From Gammaproteobacteria bacterium (GTDB lineage Bacteria; Pseudomonadota; Gammaproteobacteria; Steroidobacterales; JABDKV01), in NCBI GenBank assembly GCA_013003425.1, contig JABDJB010000017.1:2794-66793 (forward strand): a DNA stretch of 64,000 nt, given 5' to 3'. Every line of letters begins with the position of its first letter. Position 1 is the first letter of the stretch. The notes under the pieces are model-generated. The model ran no database searches. It saw nothing but the letters and a program-made list of their open reading frames with translations, and was not told the DNA's origin. Positions 9,584 through 19,232 of this stretch are shown here, piece after piece. A program made the translations under genes and the position numbers.

Positions 9584-10918
9584 ATGGCTATCCTGGCTCA
9601 ACACTGGCTCGTAATCACTGCCATTTTCATAATGGGAGGCGGGCTGGGGGCATTTCTCACACACCGCATCCAGCGCACGCATAATCGCAATGGACTGGTC
9701 CGCTGGGAGAGGCGGCTGCGCGAGACACAACACGAGCATGAAAAAGAGCTCACCCGCTTCAGCCAGACGCTCAGCGCCGCTGAGAAAAAAGAATTAAATC
9801 TGCGCAACGCACTGAGGGAGAGTGAAGAAACAGTGCGGTTGCTCAGCGAAGAAAACGTACCGGCGTACGAAAATGAGATCAGGCAACGAAACGAACGCCT
9901 GGCCGAGTTGCAGCGCAAGTTATCGCACCAGCGGGCGGAACTGGCAGATGCCAAAGACCAGGAAGCCACTGACCGACGCGAAGTTGACAGACTGCGGGCA
10001 GAACTTGCCGCGAAAGACACCCGGATAGACGAGCTGCTGATGCGTAACGCCGAGTTCTCGGGCCTGAAAGAGCTCAACGCCGAACAGGAACGGCGCTACG
10101 CCGGCTTGTCCGGCCAACTGGAGACCGAGAGGCAGCAGCGCCAGGCCATGGAAACGGCATTCCGCGAGCGCCTGGAGCAGGAAACGCTGGCTTTGCGAGA
10201 AGCACAAAAGGAACTGGAGCGCCTGCACACAAGGGAGCGGGCAGCAGAGCAGAATGCGCCCGACTACCGGGCCGAGCTGGCGGCGCGCGATGCGCGCATC
10301 GCAACGATAAGCCTTGAGTTCGATGAGATGCGCCGCAGACTTCCTGCGCTCAACGACGCACTGCGGGAACGCGAAGCCTCGATCGAGGACCTGATCGCCG
10401 AACTTTCCAGGGAACGCAAGAAGAACAGGCAGCTACAGCAGGAACGCACCCAAAATGACGCAGCGCCCGAGATATCTCCTCCTGTACGGCACGCCAAGGT
10501 AATCAACCTGCGCCCGCACTTAAGAACCGACGCCGTGGCGCGCCATCTCGGCCGCCATGATAGTGCCGCGCAACGTATCTCGGCGGTAGAGAACGAACCC
10601 GATGACTGGAAACAGCGGGCTACAACGCGTGCACAGCCCGATAACAACCCGGCCAGCCGGCCAGCCGCAACGAGTCAGCAACACAGCAGCGGTGCAACCG
10701 CGCCAGCCCGGCAGGATGACCTGAAGCAGGTTCGGGGAATAGGCCCGGTGCTTGAAAGCACGCTGAATGAGCTGGGGATCGTCTGTTTCGATCAGCTGGC
10801 GACGCTCAGCGAAGACGAAGTCGCCGCTCTCGGCAGGTATGACAAATCACTGCCACAAAGGCTGAAGCGCGATCGATGGATCGAACAGGCTCGCAGTTTC
10901 ATTGCCCCGGATGCCTGA
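9584..10918 (+). CDS. membrane-anchored long coiled-coil protein with C-terminal helix-hairpin-helix-like domain
   Basis: GGAGG SD 5 nt upstream of the ATG. N-terminal TM (WLVITAIFIMGGGLGAFL), ~270 aa of heptad-rich E/R/L/Q sequence, a low-complexity linker, then DDLKQVRGIGPVLESTLNELGIVCFDQLATLSEDEV. Confidence 0.6.
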   Translation: MAILAQHWLVITAIFIMGGGLGAFLTHRIQRTHNRNGLVRWERRLRETQHEHEKELTRFSQTLSAAEKKELNLRNALRESEETVRLLSEENVPAYENEIRQRNERLAELQRKLSHQRAELADAKDQEATDRREVDRLRAELAAKDTRIDELLMRNAEFSGLKELNAEQERRYAGLSGQLETERQQRQAMETAFRERLEQETLALREAQKELERLHTRERAAEQNAPDYRAELAARDARIATISLEFDEMRRRLPALNDALREREASIEDLIAELSRERKKNRQLQQERTQNDAAPEISPPVRHAKVINLRPHLRTDAVARHLGRHDSAAQRISAVENEPDDWKQRATTRAQPDNNPASRPAATSQQHSSGATAPARQDDLKQVRGIGPVLESTLNELGIVCFDQLATLSEDEVAALGRYDKSLPQRLKRDRWIEQARSFIAPDA

Positions 10919-11354
10919 TCGCCAGCTGGCGCAGGTAAATATCGGGCGCATGCGCGCCCCGCTCGAAGATCCGCTGATGCATGGCTTCAGCAGCCGCCTT
11001 GACGAGATCAATGCTCTGGCCGACCGCAGCCCCGGTTTCATCTGGCGGCTGCAGACCGACGACGGCGACGCAACCGCATTACGCGTATTCAACGACCCGC
11101 TGGTGCTGATCAATCTCTCGGTCTGGCGCGATGTCGACTCTCTCCGCTCCTTTGTATATCGCAGTGACCACCGCCAGCTGCTGCAGGGCCGGCGCGACTG
11201 GTTCCTCCCCTCATCCGGACCGCATCTGGCCTTATGGTGGCTGGATGCCGGCCATCGGCCCGATGCCGACGAGGCGAAAGAGCGTCTCGAAAAGCTGGCA
11301 AGTGCCGGCCCGTCCGCCGAGGCATTTACTTTCGGCACTTTGCCCGCTGGTTGA
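10911..11354 (+). CDS. DUF3291 domain protein
   Basis: LAQVNIGRMRAPLEDPLMHGFSSRLDEINALADRSPGFIWRLQ matches my memory of the DUF3291 N-terminus. Start at ATG 10911 (TTG 10902 in the ORF track). Confidence 0.65.
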   Translation: MPDRQLAQVNIGRMRAPLEDPLMHGFSSRLDEINALADRSPGFIWRLQTDDGDATALRVFNDPLVLINLSVWRDVDSLRSFVYRSDHRQLLQGRRDWFLPSSGPHLALWWLDAGHRPDADEAKERLEKLASAGPSAEAFTFGTLPAG

Positions 11355-11389
11355 TATCATGCAGCCAGGCATACACTCCAGAGGTCGCC

Positions 11390-11815
11390 ATGCGGCTCTA
11401 CCTGTTACTCCTGCTGCTGGCATGCGCCAACGCTAACGCCAGCGACGAAGATGCCATCGCGCTGACCGCATTCGACTACATGCAAGGCTGGTACACTGGT
11501 AATGCAGCGCAGATGGAGCGCTCACTGCATCCGGACCTGGCAAAAAGACACATAAGCACTGACGAGCATGGTCGCGCACGAGTCAGGCACATGGGTGCCA
11601 TGCGCCTGGTCCAGCTGACCCGCTCGGGTGTCGGCACCCGCACACCGAAAGAAAAGCAGGCGAAAGAAATAATTATCCTCGACGTTCATGGAGATACGGC
11701 CAGCGTGAAGGCGATCATGCACGGCTGGATCGACTACCTGCACATGGTTCGTATCGACGGGCGCTGGCTGATAGTCAACGTGCTGTGGGACCTGAAAGAC
11801 GGCAGTTCGCTTTAA
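11390..11815 (+). CDS. secreted NTF2/SnoaL-like (putative lumazine-binding type) protein
   Basis: Internal Met of ORF 11234..11815 followed by signal peptide MRLYLLLLLLACANANA. Ends with ...IDGRWLIVNVLWD, typical of the NTF2-like fold. Confidence 0.6.
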   Translation: MRLYLLLLLLACANANASDEDAIALTAFDYMQGWYTGNAAQMERSLHPDLAKRHISTDEHGRARVRHMGAMRLVQLTRSGVGTRTPKEKQAKEIIILDVHGDTASVKAIMHGWIDYLHMVRIDGRWLIVNVLWDLKDGSSL

Positions 11816-11819
11816 GCTC

Positions 11820-12896
11820 ATGTCACGATATCGCGGCCAGCCAGATTACCGTCACGACAGCACACCGACGACCGGCGTGCTGCTCAACAACCTTGGCACA
11901 CCGGTGGCGCCAACCACAGCGGCTGTGCGACGCTACCTCGCCGAGTTCCTGTGGGATCCGCGAGTCGTCGAGGTACCGCGACCACTGTGGTGGCTGGTGC
12001 TGCACGGAATCATTCTACGCACCAGGCCGGCCCGCTCGGCCGCAGCCTATCGCAAGGTCTGGAGCGATGCCGGCTCGCCGCTGCTGGTCAATACACTCAA
12101 ACAACGTGACGCACTGCAGAAGTTGCTGCCCGCTGATGTCAACGTCGTTGTCGGCATGCGTTACGGACAGCCCTCCATAGCCAGCGCCCTGGCAAAGCTG
12201 GAAGAGCTCAACTGCAGCCGGCTGCTGGTGTTGCCGCTCTATCCGCAGTACAGCGCGACTACCACAGCTTCGACCTTCGACGAGCTGGCCGCTCAGCTGC
12301 AGCGCATGCGCAAGATACCGGCGCTGCACTTTGTCGACAGCTATCATGACAACCCCGCCTATATCAATGCGCTGGCCAACAGCATCCGCGAACACTGGGA
12401 TACGCGTGGACGCCAGGTCCGGCTACTGTTCAGCTATCACGGCATCCCACAGCGTTACCGCCTGGCCGGGGATCCTTACCCGTGTTTCTGCCACAAGACG
12501 ACGCGTCTGGTTGTAGAGCAACTGGGGCTCGCTGACGATGAGTGGGGCATCGCCTTCCAGTCACGCCTCGGGCGCGAGGAATGGCTGCGGCCCTATACCG
12601 ACGAAGTGCTGGAGCAGTGGGCACAATCCGGCACCAGCGATGTCGATGTCGTTTGCCCCGGCTTTGCCGCGGACTGCCTGGAGACACTGGAAGAAGTCGG
12701 TATCCAGTATCGCAACCTTTTTGTCGACAAGGGTGGCAACACTCTCAGCTATATTCCGGCGCTCAACTATCGCGACGATCACATGCGCTGCCTGCACGAC
12801 ATTGTCGCTGCCGGTCTGCACGGCTTCGGTGAAAGCCCCGCTGCTGACCCGCAGTTCACTCTGGAACGGGCACGCAGCCAGGGAGCACCAGGATGA
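11820..12896 (+). CDS. hemH: ferrochelatase
   Basis: GVLLNNLGTP..., LLVLPLYPQYSATTTAS and LLFSYHGIP are ferrochelatase motifs; 358 aa. Confidence 0.93.
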   Translation: MSRYRGQPDYRHDSTPTTGVLLNNLGTPVAPTTAAVRRYLAEFLWDPRVVEVPRPLWWLVLHGIILRTRPARSAAAYRKVWSDAGSPLLVNTLKQRDALQKLLPADVNVVVGMRYGQPSIASALAKLEELNCSRLLVLPLYPQYSATTTASTFDELAAQLQRMRKIPALHFVDSYHDNPAYINALANSIREHWDTRGRQVRLLFSYHGIPQRYRLAGDPYPCFCHKTTRLVVEQLGLADDEWGIAFQSRLGREEWLRPYTDEVLEQWAQSGTSDVDVVCPGFAADCLETLEEVGIQYRNLFVDKGGNTLSYIPALNYRDDHMRCLHDIVAAGLHGFGESPAADPQFTLERARSQGAPG

Positions 12897-13588
12897 TCGG
12901 CCGTTTTCTCGAGCTTGGGCTGCCCAGCGCCAGCGTTCTCGACTCCATCGGATTCTACGAGGAGCTCGGCTTTCGCCAGCTCAATACCGGTGATATCTGG
13001 CAGTACCCTTATGCGGTGTTGAGTGACGGCCGGATCAACATCGGCCTGCACGACGCGCCGCTGGCGGCACCGATGCTGACCTTTGTTCTGCCGGATCTGG
13101 CCAGTGAAATCATCGAATTTCGCTCTCGCGGAATTGACTTCATCACCGCCCAAACCAGTGACGATCAGTTCAATGAGCTGGTTTTTGCCGACCCCGACGG
13201 CAACCACGTGCGTATCATCGAGGCGCGGACTTTTTCCCCGGCTCACTTCGAACAGGTCGAGTCCAAATGTGGCCGCTTTCGTGAAATCACCCTGCCGGTC
13301 CGCGACCTGGAAATGGCAGCCGCCTACTGGCAACGGCTGGGGCTGGATGAGCTCGGCTCGGCCGACGAGCCGCACCCGCACGTCTGGTTGCGCGGCGACG
13401 GAATTGTTATCGGCCTGCACCAGTCTGCTGCGATGAAGCAGCCGGCACTGAGTTTCCAGTCTGAAAACCTGTCAAAACAGCTCGCAGCGCTACGCCATAT
13501 TGGCATCGAAACCACGACTGATGCGCCGATCGGCGTCGCTGCCCTGGCAACACCCGAGGCAGTGGCAATCTATCTGCACGGCCTGTGA
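12893..13588 (+). CDS. VOC (glyoxalase/bleomycin-resistance/dioxygenase) family protein, two-module
   Basis: Two beta-alpha-beta-beta-beta-like halves (FLELGLPSASVLDSIGFYEELGF...; FREITLPVRDLEMAAAYWQRLGL...). ATGA overlap with the hemH stop. Confidence 0.65.
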   Translation: MIGRFLELGLPSASVLDSIGFYEELGFRQLNTGDIWQYPYAVLSDGRINIGLHDAPLAAPMLTFVLPDLASEIIEFRSRGIDFITAQTSDDQFNELVFADPDGNHVRIIEARTFSPAHFEQVESKCGRFREITLPVRDLEMAAAYWQRLGLDELGSADEPHPHVWLRGDGIVIGLHQSAAMKQPALSFQSENLSKQLAALRHIGIETTTDAPIGVAALATPEAVAIYLHGL

Positions 13589-14226
13589 CCGCAACCGTCA
13601 TTGATTCCGGTCGGATGATTCGCAAAAGCGTGTGGCTGGGTATTTTTTTCGTGACGCTGGTGTGGTCGGGGATAAACCCGAAGGACTATGTCACCTGGGG
13701 ACTGGAAGTCGCGCCCGCCGTCATCGGCCTGGTTGTCCTCGCGCTGACGGCAGGAAAATTCCCGCTCACGCCGCTGGTTTACACCCTGATACTTATCCAT
13801 GCGGTAATCCTGATGGTCGGCGGGCACTACACCTACGCGGAAGTGCCTCTGTTTGACTACTTCAGGGACTGGTTCGGTTTCGAGCGCAACAACTACGACA
13901 AGCTTGGTCATTTTGCCCAGGGATTCGTGCCGGCGCTGATTGCCCGTGAAATTGTCCTGCGGCTGCAGGTAATCAATGGCCGGAGCTGGATGGTGTTCCT
14001 GATCCTGTGCGTCTGCCTGGCGATCAGCGCGGCTTACGAACTGCTCGAATGGGGGGTTGCCCTGCTGAGCGATGAGGCCGCCGATGCTTTCCTGGGCACC
14101 CAGGGGTATGTGTGGGACACCCAGTCCGACATGGGTTTCGCGTTACTCGGCGCGAGTATTGCACTGCTGACATTATCGCGCTGGCACGACCGCATGCTCG
14201 AGCGCCTGCCGGAACCGCCAAACTGA
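13585..14226 (+). CDS. DUF2238 (YjdF-like) inner-membrane protein
   Basis: GTG start overlapping the upstream stop (GTGA). Multi-TM, with YDKLGHFAQGFVPALIAREI and AAYELLEWGVAL motifs recalled for DUF2238. Confidence 0.65.
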   Translation: MTATVIDSGRMIRKSVWLGIFFVTLVWSGINPKDYVTWGLEVAPAVIGLVVLALTAGKFPLTPLVYTLILIHAVILMVGGHYTYAEVPLFDYFRDWFGFERNNYDKLGHFAQGFVPALIAREIVLRLQVINGRSWMVFLILCVCLAISAAYELLEWGVALLSDEAADAFLGTQGYVWDTQSDMGFALLGASIALLTLSRWHDRMLERLPEPPN

Positions 14227-14245
14227 CCAATCCGTAGCGGCCAGG

Positions 14246-15337
14246 CTAACTGCTGTCTTTCAGCAGCTCTTCCATGCGGCGTGCAAAGTAGTCGTACTTG
14301 AATTTTGGTATCTCGTACACCCAGCCGCCCAACCGCTGGTTTATCGCCTCGGCTTCCCCGGCAATAGCGCTGACGTCAGGCGCGGGTGGCAACGGTGGCG
14401 GTTCCTCACCCTCGGCGGCTTCCGGCTGCGACTGATAGCGCCGCGCCAGCTCGGCGTCTGCCGCCGCTGACAAATTCACGTAGTGCTTGTCGTCGCGAGC
14501 CTCGACCGCAGTGTTGATTACCAGGCCGTCGAAAGTGCGGAATATTGCCTGTATCGCAGCAGCCGGAGCTTCGCCAGCCTCAGCAGCCGGTGACACATCG
14601 TCAAAACGCAGGTCTTGAATGACGCTGCCGACGGGATTGGCGATATTGTCCCGCTCCAGCTCCCTGCCCGACGGTATTTCAGCCACCTCGAAGTCTGGCT
14701 GGCCGAAAGTCGATTTGTAAATTCTCAGCCGGTCGCCGTCCGGGTGGATGATCTCGACTTCGGCGATGCGGGCAGCATTGATGTCTATGAGCTGCTTGTC
14801 GAGCCACTGATCGGTTTCGTCGGCGATCGTGATGTCACCGCTGGCCAGCCAGCTGGTCGCTTCGCCGGCCTGGCGCGCGTAGACACCCTGACGGCTGCCT
14901 GCCTGGTTGCCGATGATCAGCGCCGGCGCCTCGACACCTTCCAGCTCGATCAGCACACCACCGGCATCTGCAGACTCTATGTCCTGCACACCGAGACGGT
15001 CGTAGTACTCGGCATTGGAGGTCTTTTCTTCCACCAGTTCGGACTGCGCCAGTTTCAGCAGTAATTCACGCAAGCCGGCGACGTCAGCGTAATAGCCATG
15101 CTTTTCCGCCAGCGTCCAGTGCTCACCTGCCCTGCTCAACGTCGCGATGCTCTGGCCGCCCGGGCCGGTCAGGCGCACCGTGGTTACGTCATTCAGGCTG
15201 TCTGCCAGACCAGGCACCAGTTGCGCTCCGGCAGAAGCGGCCATGCCGGACGGTTCGCGAATACTGCTGGTCCACAACGCAGCGACAATCGCGACCACGG
15301 CAACAACAACCAGCACACTGAGATGATGCCCCTTCAT
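14246..15337 (-). CDS. DUF4340 domain protein (accessory to GldG-type ABC system)
   Basis: N-terminal TM anchor. Last gene of the 4-gene minus-strand operon and overlaps the GldG-like gene stop. This is the usual partner of GldG-like genes (recalled). Confidence 0.6.
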   Translation of the reverse strand: MKGHHLSVLVVVAVVAIVAALWTSSIREPSGMAASAGAQLVPGLADSLNDVTTVRLTGPGGQSIATLSRAGEHWTLAEKHGYYADVAGLRELLLKLAQSELVEEKTSNAEYYDRLGVQDIESADAGGVLIELEGVEAPALIIGNQAGSRQGVYARQAGEATSWLASGDITIADETDQWLDKQLIDINAARIAEVEIIHPDGDRLRIYKSTFGQPDFEVAEIPSGRELERDNIANPVGSVIQDLRFDDVSPAAEAGEAPAAAIQAIFRTFDGLVINTAVEARDDKHYVNLSAAADAELARRYQSQPEAAEGEEPPPLPPAPDVSAIAGEAEAINQRLGGWVYEIPKFKYDYFARRMEELLKDSS

Positions 15338-17205
15338 GCAGCGCCTGCCTTGCGGCGACGAGCAACTGCGGCCGCTACTGCAAATATCACTATAACTGCC
15401 GGAACCAGCCCGATATTGATCACCTTGACCATCGTGCCCAGTCGCTCAATGTCCTTGTCGAGGTCACGCCGGACGCGGCGCAGTTCCTTGCGCACGCGTA
15501 CACGCTCGTCGAGAAAGCGCTGGATCTCCGCGCTTTGCTCGTCGGTCATGATGAGCACGTTGTCGTCGGTGCGGCCGGACTGCAGTTCGGCCAGCTTGTC
15601 TTCGGTTACAGTCAGCTGGTCCTGCAGCTCCTGCTCTTTGGCGCGAAACCGCTCGTCGGCCCTGCGCTCCAGTTCTTCAACGCGGTCAAACGGCCGGCGA
15701 TACGTAGCGCGACTGCGGATGCCGATCAGGTCGCTGCTGCCGGTGAGGTTGTCCAGCGCGTTGATTACGAAATCACCGTTGCCGGCCCATGCCGTTATGA
15801 TGCGCTGGCCAAAGAAGCTCTGTACGCGCGCCCAGAACTGGTCCCCAAGCAAGTCGACGTCGGCAACAACAACGACATTGATCGGGCCATCAGATGCAGC
15901 AAGATGGCCTTCGGTATCACCGTCTCCCGGGGCGCCATCGGCGAACGCGCTTGGCACAGTGCCGGAAACGCGCGCGGCAATGGTGTATTTCTCACCGCTG
16001 ATACTGAATGCATCGCGCAGCGTTCCGGGGTCGGCGAGGAAACGTACGCGGTCAACCGGGATCGTGCCGGCCTGGTCGGTTGTCTGCATCAGTGGCAGCA
16101 ACTCCACCGGCGCATCCTCGCGGGCGCTTATATAACCGGCCAGGCCCAGGTTAACGCTGGTCATCCCGCTGGTTACCACATCGTCCTGGTTCAGCTCGTC
16201 GGTCGTAAGACCAAGCAGCGCCAGGTGCCGCGCCGGCGGCATGCCGGGCCGGGTGCTGACCTGCAATGCCAGAACGTCGTCGCCGAGCACTTCAGCTGCC
16301 GGCACCGCAATGCCCCAGGCGCCGAACAGCCGCTCCAGCGATGAGCTGCGGCTGGCAGCAAACGCTGCGGCGGGGTTGTTCGGGTCCTGCGCCGGCTGAT
16401 CGATCTCGGCATGCGGGTCGACAAAAACAAGTGCTTTTCCACCGCGCAGGATGAACTGGTCGATACCGTAAAGCGTCTCGTCGCTCAGCCCTTTGGGATG
16501 CACCAGCATCAGGACGTCAATCTCTTCGTCGATCGCCGTTACCGTCGGGCTCAGGTCACGCATTTCGAACAGCGAATCGATTTGCTCGTCAATCACCCAG
16601 GGCGGGCTGGGCTGACGCGTCTGCGGATTGAAATCGCCGCCCATCGGCAGGCTGCTCATCAGGCCGACAACCGGTTTTTTCGGATTCGCCAGCGTGTAGA
16701 TTAGCTTGGCCAGATCGTATTCGAGTGTGGCCTCCTTGCTCGGATCAAAGAACGGAATAATCTGTTCGTCACCAACCGAATTGGTTGCGGCAAGGCCCAT
16801 ATAGATGGAAGCACCGCTGGCGGTTGGCAACGCCTGCAGACCGAATTGCGAAGCCTCGTCTTCTTCTTCACTGAACGGCAACGGATCAATCACCCGCAGC
16901 CGCAGCTTGTCGCCCGCGTGCTGCGAAAACTCTTCCAGCATTTCACGCACTCTTACCGCGTAGGGTCGCAGCGACGGTGCTGCGCGCGCTTCAGTCTCGG
17001 AATAGAAAAAATATACGTTGATGGGCTCATCGATCTTGCGCAGGACATTGCGGGTGCCCTCGCTGATTGTGTACAGCCTGTTTTCGGTCAAATCGAGCCG
17101 CTGGCCCCGCAGCAGCACGTTGCTCAACGTTACGAGCGCGATAAAGAGCACGGCGAGCATGGCCAGGCCGGATACGCTGAACAGTTTGTTACGCCAGTCG
17201 CCCAT
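15334..17205 (-). CDS. GldG-family ABC-transport auxiliary protein
   Basis: 623 aa with N- and C-terminal TM anchors. LDLTENRLYTISEGTRNVL and VYFFYSE motifs are typical of the GldG / 'ABC-type uncharacterized transport system' family. Confidence 0.7.
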   Translation of the reverse strand: MGDWRNKLFSVSGLAMLAVLFIALVTLSNVLLRGQRLDLTENRLYTISEGTRNVLRKIDEPINVYFFYSETEARAAPSLRPYAVRVREMLEEFSQHAGDKLRLRVIDPLPFSEEEDEASQFGLQALPTASGASIYMGLAATNSVGDEQIIPFFDPSKEATLEYDLAKLIYTLANPKKPVVGLMSSLPMGGDFNPQTRQPSPPWVIDEQIDSLFEMRDLSPTVTAIDEEIDVLMLVHPKGLSDETLYGIDQFILRGGKALVFVDPHAEIDQPAQDPNNPAAAFAASRSSSLERLFGAWGIAVPAAEVLGDDVLALQVSTRPGMPPARHLALLGLTTDELNQDDVVTSGMTSVNLGLAGYISAREDAPVELLPLMQTTDQAGTIPVDRVRFLADPGTLRDAFSISGEKYTIAARVSGTVPSAFADGAPGDGDTEGHLAASDGPINVVVVADVDLLGDQFWARVQSFFGQRIITAWAGNGDFVINALDNLTGSSDLIGIRSRATYRRPFDRVEELERRADERFRAKEQELQDQLTVTEDKLAELQSGRTDDNVLIMTDEQSAEIQRFLDERVRVRKELRRVRRDLDKDIERLGTMVKVINIGLVPAVIVIFAVAAAVARRRKAGAA

Positions 17206-17939
17206 CAGCTCGCCTTCTTCATATCAAGCACAACGGCGTTTGCCACCAGGAAAAAGGCTATGACCATGGCGAAATAGACCAGGTCACGCAGGTCGATCAC
17301 GCCCTTGACGATCGATGAGTAGTGAGTGAGAAAACTCAGCGATGCGACAGCATCGACCAGCGGCTGCGGCAACCAGCCCTGCACAGCGTTGAGCACCAGG
17401 TCGTAGCCGGACAGCAGGAACAGGAAGCAAACCGTCACGGTAATAATGAATGCGATAACCTGGTTGCGCGTTACTGCCGAAAGACAGGCACCGATTGCCA
17501 GAAACCCGCCGGCCAGCAGGAACGAACCAAAATAGGCCGCCACAATGACGCCGTTATCCGGATTGCCCAGGTAGTTGACCGTCAGCCAGACCGGGAAGGT
17601 CAGTGCCAGCGCGATGCCGGTAAAACACCAGGCCGCAAGGAACTTGCCAAGCACCGCCTGCCACAGGGTCACCGGCAGCGTCATCAGCAGCTCGATGGTT
17701 CCGGTCTTGCGTTCTTCAGCCCACAGCCGCATCGACAGGGCCGGTACCAGGAACAGGTACAACCAGGGGTGAAAAGTAAAAAACGGCACCAGGTCAGCCT
17801 GGCCTCGCTCGTAAAGATTCCCGATCTGGAAGGTAAACGCCCCGGTCAGCACCAGGAAAATAACGATGAACACGTAAGCGACCGGTGTCGAAAAATAACT
17901 GGCCAGCTCACGGCGAAAAATTGTCCGCACCTGGTTCAT
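17205..17939 (-). CDS. ABC-2 type transporter permease (GldF-like)
   Basis: 244 aa, 6 predicted TM, N-terminal FRRELASYFSTPVAYVFIVIFL typical of ABC-2 permeases. Overlaps both neighbouring genes. Confidence 0.8.
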   Translation of the reverse strand: MNQVRTIFRRELASYFSTPVAYVFIVIFLVLTGAFTFQIGNLYERGQADLVPFFTFHPWLYLFLVPALSMRLWAEERKTGTIELLMTLPVTLWQAVLGKFLAAWCFTGIALALTFPVWLTVNYLGNPDNGVIVAAYFGSFLLAGGFLAIGACLSAVTRNQVIAFIITVTVCFLFLLSGYDLVLNAVQGWLPQPLVDAVASLSFLTHYSSIVKGVIDLRDLVYFAMVIAFFLVANAVVLDMKKAS

Positions 17940-18868
17940 TCCTGTACCCCGCCGGCGGTAATATCGCGGAAGACCTCATCGAGTCGCCCGCTTTCGAGAT
18001 GCAGCTCGTCAAGCTTCCAGCCGTGCTCATTAGCCAACCCGGTTATTCGTGGTAACAGCAGGGCACCGTCGGCTGGAAATGCGGTGATCGAGTCGCCTTC
18101 ACCCTCGATTCGCGCAACCTGTTGCTGGCCACGCAAAATATCGCGCACGGCATCAGCCGCGGTACCGGCAGCAACACGCAGCGACACTGCGTTGTGATAA
18201 CGCGAGCGTGCTTCGAGTGACTGCGGCGTATCATCAGCCAGCAGCTTGCCGTGGGCGATGATGATCGCGCGACTGCAGACCGCATGCACTTCTTCGAGAA
18301 TGTGCGTGGAAATTACAATGATCTTGTCCGACGCCATCCTGCGAATAAGCTCGCGCACCTCAAACTTCTGGTTGGGGTCGAGGCCGTCGGTCGGCTCGTC
18401 GAGAATCAGCACCTGCGGGTCGTGCATGATTGCCTGCGCCAGCCCGACCCGTCGCTTGAAACCCTTGGACAAGGTATCGATTGGCTGGTGTAGCACCGGC
18501 TCGAGGTGCAGGCGCGCAATAACATCGTCGAGGCGGGCACGACGGGTGGCGCCCCCGAGCTGGCGCACATCCGCGATAAATTCGAGAAACTTGCGACAAG
18601 TCATCTCGGGATAGTTTGGCGCGCCTTCCGGCAGATAGCCGATCACCTGCTTGGCCGCAATGGGCTCCGCCTGGATATCGTGCCCGCAAATGCTGGCGCT
18701 GCCCGCCGACGGGGTCAGGAATCCGGCGATCATTCTCATGGTCGTGGACTTGCCCGCGCCGTTCGGGCCGAGAAAGCCCAGCACCTCGCCCGGCCTGACC
18801 TCAAACGACAGGTTATCCACCGCCGTGAGATTGCCGTAATGTTTTGACAGTCCGTTGGCCTTTATCAC
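17936..18868 (-). CDS. ABC transporter ATP-binding protein (GldA-like)
   Basis: Walker A GPNGAGKST, signature LSKGFKRRVGLA, Walker B LILDEPTDGLD. Start moved to GTG 18868 (VIKANGLSKHYG). The 42-codon extension in ORF 17936..18994 is Arg/Pro-rich and overlaps the divergent EF-hand gene. Confidence 0.9.
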   Translation of the reverse strand: MIKANGLSKHYGNLTAVDNLSFEVRPGEVLGFLGPNGAGKSTTMRMIAGFLTPSAGSASICGHDIQAEPIAAKQVIGYLPEGAPNYPEMTCRKFLEFIADVRQLGGATRRARLDDVIARLHLEPVLHQPIDTLSKGFKRRVGLAQAIMHDPQVLILDEPTDGLDPNQKFEVRELIRRMASDKIIVISTHILEEVHAVCSRAIIIAHGKLLADDTPQSLEARSRYHNAVSLRVAAGTAADAVRDILRGQQQVARIEGEGDSITAFPADGALLLPRITGLANEHGWKLDELHLESGRLDEVFRDITAGGVQE

Positions 18869-18983
18869 CGCTTTTTTCCGCTGTTGCTGCAGTTGCCGAG
18901 GATCGCGAGGGGGCTTTTTATACCGGGTGGAATAGCGATTTTCAAGATCGTCGCACTGTCTCCGGCCGCCGCTCGGCCGTATA

Positions 18984-19232
18984 ATGCCCGGCATGAATCA
19001 AATGCCTGCCGACAAGCTACGCGAAATCCGTGAAAGCTTCGAATATTTCGACCGTGACAACAACGGCCATATCGATTTCGACGAGTTCACCGAGCTGCTG
19101 AAAGTGATCTCCCCGGAATCAACCGTAAAGCAGGCTGCCGAGGGGTTCTCGATTATCGACACCAACAGCGATGGTCACGTCGATCTCGAAGAGTTCGTCG
19201 AATGGTGGCAAACCACCTGGTGGGAGTTCTAG
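18984..19232 (+). CDS. small EF-hand calcium-binding protein (two EF loops)
   Basis: DRDNNGHIDFDEF and DTNSDGHVDLEEF are canonical 12-residue EF-hand loops. Its stop TAG shares the palindrome CTAG (19229-19232) with the stop of the convergent kinase gene. Confidence 0.75.
   Translation: MPGMNQMPADKLREIRESFEYFDRDNNGHIDFDEFTELLKVISPESTVKQAAEGFSIIDTNSDGHVDLEEFVEWWQTTWWEF

Noticed and set aside
18869-18994. 42-codon upstream extension of the ABC ATPase ORF, and the 49-codon extension of the exonuclease ORF (20994-21140)
   Set aside because: The extensions are not conserved-looking (Arg/Pro/Cys-rich) and overlap neighbouring genes (EF-hand start, HNH 3' end). Internal GTG 18868 and ATG 20993 give canonical family N-termini.
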